A stretch of 64,000 nt of DNA from Oopsacas minuta (lineage: Eukaryota; Animalia; Porifera). The position numbers and the translations under genes were made by a program. The stretch is taken from positions 62,001 to 126,000 of the forward strand of contig JAKMXF010000297.1 in assembly GCA_024704765.1 (NCBI GenBank), in the 5' to 3' direction. The notes beneath the pieces are model-generated. The model saw only the letters and a program-made list of their open reading frames with translations. It searched no databases and was not told the DNA's origin. Positions 56,120 through 64,000 of this stretch are shown here, piece by piece (position 1 is the stretch's first letter; each line of letters begins with the position of its first letter).

Positions 56120-58747
56120 ATGTCAGCTGATATAGAGAATGGGGTAGACGCGCCTCTCTCCAGTCACTCCCTGCAGCCTACAGATAAGATATACTCTAAG
56201 TGTGTTAAAGTGCCTGTCAACTTTAATGACAAGTTCCTGTGTCTGGTTAACGGGACTAGCTTGGGAGAGATGAAGTCAGATACTCAAGAGGCGGAGCGTC
56301 ATGTTAAGGAGAGAGGTCTGGAGGTTATACAGTCTCCAGATGGTACCAATTTACCAGATACTGTACCAGATAACTCAGAGATTGTGTTTGTTCTTGAAAA
56401 CTTTGAATCCACAGAATATCAAAATCTGTCCAAAACAGGACTACCCATAATCACACCTAATGTAGTCCGATCCTGTGTGTTACGTCAGGTGGATGTACCC
56501 TTCCCTATTCGCCCCATGCTGAGTGCACACATGTACGGACTGACTATTATATTCACTGGATTCAGAGAGCAGGCTCGATTAGACGACTTGGTTAAGAAGG
56601 TACATCTCATGGGAGGTGCAGTTCGGAAGGAAGTCGGAATGGGAGTGACGCACTTAGTAGCGTACTCAGTCCTCGGTACCAAGTACCAGCTGGCTTTATC
56701 ATTCGGGACATCGATGATGAGTGAGAAATGGGTACAGCAAGTATTCGAGAGGGTAGGAGACCCTAAGGCCAGTGCTCTAGACGAGGAGTTCTCTCGATAC
56801 ACCCTCTCTCCCTTCACCGGACTTACTCTATGGTTCTACGGATTCTCTGATGAAGACAGGCTAACCATGGAAAAGATGGCTGCAGAGAGTGGAGCTGTTA
56901 TTATCAATGAATCAGATGGATCTACTACAGGTATTGTTAAAGCTACACACTGTGTCATGGGGGAGGTTACACCAGAAGCTATCCTGAATGTGTCCTCTAA
57001 GATACGACTGGTTAACCAGGAATGGTTCTGGGAGAGTATCCGTATGGAGGCGTGTGCTGATGATGCTCTCTACTCACTCAGAGAAAACAAGAGACATTCT
57101 CGTAGCAAACCACGTGCTAAACATCGTAGACATTTCCGTAACAGTAACGTGTCTACTTCTCTCCACGAGGCCTCTGTACTCACCCTGAGTCCTGCCACAC
57201 CTCTTATCGACGCCTCTGCCGCTGATCTCGATCCCCGAGCTGAGCAAGACGCGTCCAGACGTCACATAGCTGTGGAACTCCTCCAGACAGAGGAAAACTT
57301 TGTCAATATTCTAGACGTGATAATAAACTCATTCAAACGACCTATTGACCAGACTGATCAGCGCGGGGGTCCTGTACTATCCGGTGAATACAGTAAGACT
57401 ATATTTGGTAATCTTGAGGATATCTATGAGACACATAAAAGGTTTAAACACAGTTTAGAGGAACGAATTGACTCATGGGATCCTAATTCGATGATAGGGC
57501 AGGTAGTGTTAGAACATGCTGAAGCCTTTTCTAAAGTATATCCTCCATTCACTAATTTCTACGAAACCGGTAAGAATATGCTAGAGAAGTGTCGACAACA
57601 GTTTCCGAGATTCCACGCTTTCCTGAAAGTAGTAGAAGCTAAACCTGAGTGTCTCCGTCAGTCACTAGTAGACCTATTGATACAGCCTGTACAGAGACTG
57701 CCTAGACTTATACTTCTATTACAAGAGCTATCCAAACACACTTCAGATGACCATCCAGATAGTAATATGCTAGTGCAAGCAATATCTAAGCTGAAGAGTG
57801 TTATGGAGTATATTAATGAAGATAAACGTAAGACACAGATACAAATGCAGATGTTTGAGATAGTTAGAGAAATACAGGATTGTCCACCAGACCTTCTGGC
57901 CTCACACAGACACTTTATTACTAAACTAGACTTTGTTGAGCCCCAGAGTCCAGCTGATACTGTATACACCTTCTTTCTGTTCAATGACTACTTTGAGATA
58001 GCTAAGAACAGAGCTGGCATGGGGAAGAAGGTAGCACATGGTAAGACACAGTATAAACATAACAAATACCTTCATCTTTCATTCGTACAAGTTGTAATTG
58101 ATGTTAAAGATATGCCAGATTACACAACACAGAACACATTTGCTATTCTCAATGGAGTATTAGGTACTGTAATGTTATTCCGTATAGTACAGTCAGAACA
58201 CACTAAAGAGGAATTTATCAAAATCCTATGCAAGACTATAGTAGAATCTCGGGGATTGAGTGATGCCTGTGAAGACCCTAACGAGCTATTGATGAGTTAC
58301 ACGTGGCAACAGCTACAGCCCTCAGTCGCTAACGAATCTCAAGCACGTGCTTTGATAGGTAACAGTCCATTCAAATTATCTCTCAAACGTGTGTTTGATA
58401 AAACAAAGAAAGTACATAGAGTGTTCTCACAAAAAATCGATAGATCCAAACAACAGAAACGAACTCGATCTAAATTTGGTCAGGGAATGTTGGATGGAAT
58501 ACCTGATCTAGCGGATGACGTATCAGAAAGTTCTATGGCAACACCACACAATCTGCAGCATAGTTTGTCCTCCAACTTCACTCCCGGTCCTATTGCGAAA
58601 CTCCATTTCTGTGAAGAACCAGATCCGAACGACTCCTTAATCTCACTTGTACCAACCCTAAACTATGGAGAGGTTCCTCCCTCATCCAAGCGTGTAGCTA
58701 CTAATGACGAGATTCTAGATCAACAAGGCAGAACCACAAGATTGTAA
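56120..58747 (+). CDS. ECT2: ECT2 RhoGEF (BRCT-BRCT-DH-PH)
   Basis: IIFTGFR...VHLMGGAVRK...VTHLVA (BRCT), QEWFWESIRMEACADDALY, ELLQTEENFVNIL, LLIQPVQRLPRLILLLQEL and INEDKRKT. Confidence 0.95.
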   Translation: MSADIENGVDAPLSSHSLQPTDKIYSKCVKVPVNFNDKFLCLVNGTSLGEMKSDTQEAERHVKERGLEVIQSPDGTNLPDTVPDNSEIVFVLENFESTEYQNLSKTGLPIITPNVVRSCVLRQVDVPFPIRPMLSAHMYGLTIIFTGFREQARLDDLVKKVHLMGGAVRKEVGMGVTHLVAYSVLGTKYQLALSFGTSMMSEKWVQQVFERVGDPKASALDEEFSRYTLSPFTGLTLWFYGFSDEDRLTMEKMAAESGAVIINESDGSTTGIVKATHCVMGEVTPEAILNVSSKIRLVNQEWFWESIRMEACADDALYSLRENKRHSRSKPRAKHRRHFRNSNVSTSLHEASVLTLSPATPLIDASAADLDPRAEQDASRRHIAVELLQTEENFVNILDVIINSFKRPIDQTDQRGGPVLSGEYSKTIFGNLEDIYETHKRFKHSLEERIDSWDPNSMIGQVVLEHAEAFSKVYPPFTNFYETGKNMLEKCRQQFPRFHAFLKVVEAKPECLRQSLVDLLIQPVQRLPRLILLLQELSKHTSDDHPDSNMLVQAISKLKSVMEYINEDKRKTQIQMQMFEIVREIQDCPPDLLASHRHFITKLDFVEPQSPADTVYTFFLFNDYFEIAKNRAGMGKKVAHGKTQYKHNKYLHLSFVQVVIDVKDMPDYTTQNTFAILNGVLGTVMLFRIVQSEHTKEEFIKILCKTIVESRGLSDACEDPNELLMSYTWQQLQPSVANESQARALIGNSPFKLSLKRVFDKTKKVHRVFSQKIDRSKQQKRTRSKFGQGMLDGIPDLADDVSESSMATPHNLQHSLSSNFTPGPIAKLHFCEEPDPNDSLISLVPTLNYGEVPPSSKRVATNDEILDQQGRTTRL

Positions 58748-59104
58748 ATTGCATGAAACTATATCACTTGAGGATTATAATAAGATCACTTGTAGTTAAT
58801 AGCAATACCTCTTCCAATCTACCTCACCAGATATATGTATGTAATTTATTGTGTAGTATGTTTGTGAATAGATTCGTTTTTATGTGGTAGTATATCTGAT
58901 ATGGATTACTATGCAATTGAGTGTCTTTAAAAAGATATCACTTATCCATGGTATTATTGAGCTTTTGTAGTTAGGTACTAGGAAAATAGTTTATTTTTAC
59001 AAATCTAATTAAATTGGATCAATTCACTCAGTCAATATATACTCACCTATGGCCTAACATTGTTGCTGCTAATTTATAAGACGAATAACTATTTGTAGAT
59101 ATTA

Positions 59105-59782
59105 CTAAGTACTGTTAATCTTCTCAAAGTTAATTTCAATGACCTTTCTCTTCGGTATGAGTTGTATATATATTACTCCAGCTAAGTCCAGTAGAATCCT
59201 AGATGCCTGTACAGATACACTATCATGCTTCTTATTACTGAAATAGTATATTTTACTAATGCCTGCTTGTATGATGAGTTTAGCACATTCATTACATGGA
59301 AATAGAGCTACATATAGTGTACAGCCTTTTAAAGTAGATTCATTTCTATTCATTATTGCATTCATTTCTGCGTGGCAAACATAAAGCGTTTTATTCTCCA
59401 AAGGGTTATCTGATCCTTTACCCCAGGGCAGAACATCATCACTACATCCATTCGGCATGCCATTGTATCCGATAGCAACAATCTTTTTATCTTCAGTCAC
59501 TATACATGCTCCTACCTAAGATAAACATGCTGATACAGTAATGCAGAATTAATTAATAGAAATCTCCAAAAATAGTGGAGGACCATAGAAGCATTAAATG
59601 AATTATTTATTAACTCTTAGATAAGGTTTTTTGCTAATCCATTAATTTGATTAGCCCAAACTCTATATACGCACCTGAGTAACAGGATCCTTGCTCCTCT
59701 CAGCTGATAGAAAAGCTATTGCCATGAAATACTCATCCCAGGATAGGTAATCTGTTCTCTTTTCACTCTGTACTTTTGCCAT
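59105..59782 (-). CDS. DCTD: dCMP deaminase; exons 59675..59782 and 59105..59515 (172 aa)
   Basis: Exon 1 (missed by the track) [36 protein letters not shown]. Exon 2 VGACIV...IGYNG...VCHAEMNAI...LFPCNECAK. Phase-0 intron 59516..59674. Confidence 0.95.
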
Positions 59783-60062
59783 TTCTAATTAAGTTGTATA
59801 ATCTAATTTTATTCTCTACACTATTATAGTACTTACACACAGTAAAGAGTAACCTTGGCGCGTGAATAAATGAAAATACCATGTTAGGCGTATTGCTTTA
59901 AGAATCTGGATCAACCATGCAGCAAGGGTGTGCTAATTAGCTAACCGATTCGAGTGCAGGTACTTAGTAGTTTAACACAGATCCAATATTTCCAAGTCTT
60001 AATCAATTAAATTTACACATATGGTCGCAAAAAAGTCGAAGTACCATATCATCAGATATATT

Positions 60063-60129
60063 AAACTCCGCTTACATCGACGTATTTATCGCAGTCTCTT
60101 GAGCTTCGATATAACGATAATTCACTGTA
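60063..60129. mobile_element. Degenerate pogo-like mini-MITE
   Basis: AAACTCCGCTTACATCGAC ... TTCGATATAACGATAATTCACTG|TA; partial inverted termini ending CACTG-TA. Confidence 0.4.
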
Positions 60130-60496
60130 TATGAAAAAGCAGTAGACAGTCTTATTTAATACTTAATCTATTTCCTTGGCGATTTGACCTCAAAATTCAA
60201 TTTACTGGTAGATATATCTCTATAGATCTTATAACAGATTTCCCAAAACACTAAAACAAGTAAGATTAGAAAATGAGAATTAAGTAGTCTCACAATTCTT
60301 AATCGTTAACCGAGATAGACGCGACGCCGGTTAACCTACATGTAAGAAATATTATAATTCATGAATATCTAATTTGGATAATAAATAAATAAAAGTACCT
60401 AAGAGATTCTTACTTGAACAGCACATCGATTAATTATCTCTACAGTCAGATGTGTCACTGCTCCAAAATATAATATCGTGCTAACTATTATACGAG

Positions 60497-60607
60497 TTTC
60501 CAACCAGCAACATAGGTTGCTAGGTGCCTCCAACAACATGTTTACTGACGTGAATCATGGATTGATGGAGTAAGTCCAGCTAGCAACCTAGATTGCTGGT
60601 TGGAAAC
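60497..60607. repeat. 27-bp inverted repeat element (MITE-like hairpin)
   Basis: TTTCCAACCAGCAACATAGGTTGCTAG vs CTAGCAACCTAGATTGCTGGTTGGAAA, 25 of 27 complementary. Confidence 0.7.
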
Positions 60608-61153
60608 CTCCTTATGTGTAAATGCTAGATTATTTCAGTAAATCATATGATATGGTAATGCAGGAGGTATAATTATAGCTGGTATGAGTACATAATTGTA
60701 TTTTTGTCATTTTGCTTGGATTCACCAATGTAGGTTTTCACTCAGTTTTAACATAGTTAGTATTTTTGATTTCTGCATTTTGCATAATCACATTATTTCC
60801 ATTGTAATTCTTAGCTATCGCTATCTATATCTCTGACTCATAGTATGTTACTCACACTTTTTAACCCTTTCCAACCTTTTCCCTCGATATTTATCGATTA
60901 CTGGGATTTTCGAAACTTCCCCAAGAAATTTGGTAATTATGATTACTAACCATTAAACTACAATGACTGGAATCAGCATATTAATGATAACATCATTATT
61001 AACTGAAGCTTAGTATTATCATTATTATTGTTTCTTCTATAAAAAATGTACTAAAGGGAGCTTTGATGAAATATCTAAATCATATCTTGTTATACATTAT
61101 CTAAGTGTGAGACATCATTGCAATAGTTTGAAATTCTAATTTATTCAGATCAA

Positions 61154-61230
61154 GGCAATGCAATGGGGTCCGAAGCGGACAATTAGAGAACCCGGACAAT
61201 AAGAGAACTGGATAATTAGGACCCACTGTA
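61154..61230. mobile_element. Right-hand fragment of the same MITE family as 8151..8276
   Basis: GCAATGGGGTCCGAAGCGGACAATTAGAGAA core; ends GGACCCACTG|TA, the reverse complement of TA|CAGTGGGTCC at 8151. Confidence 0.65.
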
Positions 61231-61822
61231 TTATATGTTGTTTTTATTAATACAATGTAAATACGGATAATAGTCCATCTTTGTTATTTTCTTTGTATTA
61301 ATTATTCATTCATTGCAAGCGTATGTGTTGTTTATGTTGTGGAAGATGGTGTCAATTCGCCTACATCTTCCACAACATTTATTATACTTGCTACTAGCTC
61401 ATTAAGTAATTAATTGGTAATATTGTTTGGTGGGGCTGTAAGATTTAATGCAACTATCCAGTTAGCAATTTTAATAATAATAATAATAATATGTTGTATC
61501 ATACATAGCATTTATATATTTACACAAATTATCTTTCTGTGCCTGATACAGAAGGTAACCATTGTGGGATGTTGTTGAACAGCTAACTCATGTTGTGAAG
61601 CAACTTAGCAGCGAAGCGCACTAGTATTTTATAGAATAAGATACAATTGATACAATATTCCTCAGGGGAACGTACCAACAATCAGCTTCATCAGTCTATA
61701 TGAGAATAAGATGATAAAACTAGTAAATTATCAGAGATTATTACTTCATAATAACAATCACCAATACTTACATTGATATTTACGATTGTATTATACAGCT
61801 GTTAGTATTATATCACTTATTT

Positions 61823-63355
61823 ATGTTACTTTATAGTAACATGTTCAGAAAGGCCCCTCACATGACATCACTTCTCCATAAATCCTACTTGCATTCTATG
61901 CGTACCTCTATCACCCTCCCCCCTGAGTATACATTAAAGAATTCTATAACTATTCATCCACAAAAACTATCTAATCCCGAAGTATCTACTTTAAATAATG
62001 GACTTAAAGTTGTTTCCATGGAATGCTACGGTCCAATCAGCTCTATAGGCCTTTTCATTAAAGCAGGTCCTCGATTTGATGTGTTCTACCCTTCCGGAAC
62101 TTCTCATCTTATCAGCAAACTGGCTTTCCTTAGCACAAATAAATACGAGAGTAGAGAGCGGATTTTAGAAGTGTTAGAGCCAACAGGAAGTGTAACTGAC
62201 TGTCAGATGGGCAGGGAAGAGATGATATACAAATTGATGGGATATAGGGACCAGATAGAGATAATGGCAGAGGTTCTGTCAGAAGTTGTATTTCGTCCTC
62301 GTATCACTCTTGAGGAGATAGAAAAAGCGCGGAACCTTGTTCTTAACGACTTAAAGACATTTAGTATGAATCCAGACATGGAGCCTCTCCTTACTGATTA
62401 CACATATGCATCTGCTTACAGTTTGAATACAGTAGGGCTTCCATCAGTATGTCCTGAGGGAGGTGTCTCTCAGATCAGGAGAGAACATATCCTATGGTAT
62501 CTCTCTGCACACTATCGTCCAAACAGGATTGTGCTAGCTGGATTGGGTATTTCACACAGTGCTTTGCTGGACATTGCAGGGAAGTACTTTGAACAGCCAG
62601 AGGTCTCTTGGGGAGAAGCTAAAGATGAACCGGACGAATCTATAGCTCAATATACTGGGGGTGAAATTAGAATCGAGAGGAATTTACCTCCAGTAATCGG
62701 TCCTAATCCCTTACCTAATCTAGCATACTTTACTATTACTTCAGAATGTGTTTCTTACGAACATCCGTTATTCTTTGCTTATGCTGTCCTCGATATAATG
62801 ATGGGCGGAGGATCGTCCTTTTCCGCAGGAGGACCTGGTAAAGGAATGTACTCCCGTCTCTACGCTAACGTTATGAATTACTACACATTTGTATATTCTG
62901 CTCAATCAATGCTTCATATTCATGGAGATACTGGTATATATTCTCTCTATGGATCTGTTCCACATGAGTTCTCAAACAAATTATGTCAAATATTGATTGA
63001 GGAAATGAAAAGGTTATCACAGCTCCCTGGTCACGAGGAGTTGAGTAGAGCCAAGAAAATGCTTCAATCAAATATGTTAATGAATCTAGAATCACATGTA
63101 ATTATGTTTGAAGATCTGGGAAGACAAATATTAGTTCACGATAGATATCACAACGCTAAGGAACTTTATGAACGACTAGAAAATGTTACTAGCCTGCAAA
63201 TAGTTGAAGCAGGGGAGAAGTTACTTGAAGGTAAGCTTAGCATGGTAGCTGTTGGTAAGCTTGATTTGATCCCAAGTCTGGAGGAGGTGGAACAAGTATT
63301 GCACAATTCTAAGAAGCGATTAGACAGTTCGAACAGATTCAAGATATTCTCATGA
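61823..63355 (+). CDS. PMPCA: Mitochondrial processing peptidase alpha subunit (start may be ATG 61841)
   Basis: STLNNGLKVVS, GTSHLISKLAF (inactive HxxEH variant), glycine-rich loop MMGGGSSFSAGGPGKGMYSRLY and MNLESHVIMFEDLGRQIL. Confidence 0.96.
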   Translation: MLLYSNMFRKAPHMTSLLHKSYLHSMRTSITLPPEYTLKNSITIHPQKLSNPEVSTLNNGLKVVSMECYGPISSIGLFIKAGPRFDVFYPSGTSHLISKLAFLSTNKYESRERILEVLEPTGSVTDCQMGREEMIYKLMGYRDQIEIMAEVLSEVVFRPRITLEEIEKARNLVLNDLKTFSMNPDMEPLLTDYTYASAYSLNTVGLPSVCPEGGVSQIRREHILWYLSAHYRPNRIVLAGLGISHSALLDIAGKYFEQPEVSWGEAKDEPDESIAQYTGGEIRIERNLPPVIGPNPLPNLAYFTITSECVSYEHPLFFAYAVLDIMMGGGSSFSAGGPGKGMYSRLYANVMNYYTFVYSAQSMLHIHGDTGIYSLYGSVPHEFSNKLCQILIEEMKRLSQLPGHEELSRAKKMLQSNMLMNLESHVIMFEDLGRQILVHDRYHNAKELYERLENVTSLQIVEAGEKLLEGKLSMVAVGKLDLIPSLEEVEQVLHNSKKRLDSSNRFKIFS

Positions 63356-64000
63356 TGAATATTGTATTTTAGGTTAAGTTTCGGTAAAGCAATTTATTTA
63401 ATTAAAATATATCAATTCGAATGAATAGTATTTGAGCTGAGACTTTTGGCTGCAGATTATCTCTTATGGACACAAGTATGTTTCCACAAACATCATTAAA
63501 TTATAGTATATACCTTAGGCTAGATGCAAATTAAGAATAACATTTAGTGATTTTCTGGTATCCTATTGTTTAGAATTGTTATTTCGCTGTTCAAAGAATT
63601 ACTGAATTTCAGAGGTATAGCCAATGTGATGTTGTGGTGCTGTAAGCCAGTAGCATTATCATGTTGTATTGCCACATCATTTTGTAAGCACGCAATAATT
63701 AGCATTAAAAACCGACACAAGCCACGGCATATTCAGGATAATTATCAATGATTACACCACCGTTAAGCTTGTTCATTAGGTGGTATCCATTCCTCGAATT
63801 CAATTTATGCCCCAAGTATGCTATAAAGTTATTTATAGTGCAGAGCCCACTGTAGTGACTCTCAAAAAGTATGTAAGTACCCCAGGACACCTGACAAGGT
63901 TTTCTTGCATTATCGATATTTAATTTAAGCATTTATCCTCTATTCAATCCGTATTTCTTCAAATCAGCTGGATTCTAGCAGTTTCTTGTTAATGAAATCG

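Noticed and set aside
1-64000. tRNA, rRNA, snRNA, CRISPR arrays, SECIS or stop-codon readthrough
   Set aside because: No cloverleaf or T-loop context, spaced direct repeats or in-frame recoded stops were seen by eye. tRNAscan-SE and Infernal would be needed to exclude small RNAs.

Overview
Gene-dense, AT-rich eukaryotic genomic window with no prokaryotic features, CRISPR arrays, tRNA or rRNA seen. The gene set is metazoan and ciliated. The very short introns (~55-65 nt), large intronless CDSs and repeated nested genes best fit a compact early-branching animal genome. A hexactinellid glass sponge is my inference; it is not shown by the sequence. I reconstruct 24 protein-coding genes. Minus strand, left end: GARS (partial), DNALI1, CHORDC1, COG5. 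A long plus-strand run follows: an intronless IP3-receptor-like channel, a coiled-coil ORF, KCTD3/SHKBP1, a 133-aa orphan, MRPL33, EFG1-like, basigin-like, PAAF1, NEK6/7, ASNSD1, a RING-B-box-coiled-coil protein, UIF/FYTTD1, a K2P channel, ADIPOR, SNAPC4, POLQ, a Spo12-like microprotein, BIN3 and ECT2. DCTD (minus) and PMPCA (plus) close the window. The most striking structure is three intronless genes nested in host introns. POLQ lies inside SNAPC4 intron 6 on the same strand. NEK6/7 lies inside the PAAF1 intron on the same strand, with its putative poly(A) signal overlapping the host branch point. A 7-TM gustatory-receptor-like orphan lies antisense inside a 9-exon UIF/FYTTD1 gene that the ORF track misses. 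Other highlights are an IP3R-like channel lacking the GGGVGD filter, possible operon/SL trans-splicing organisation, and several MITE/HINE remnants. Family assignments come from motif recognition by eye; no searches were run.
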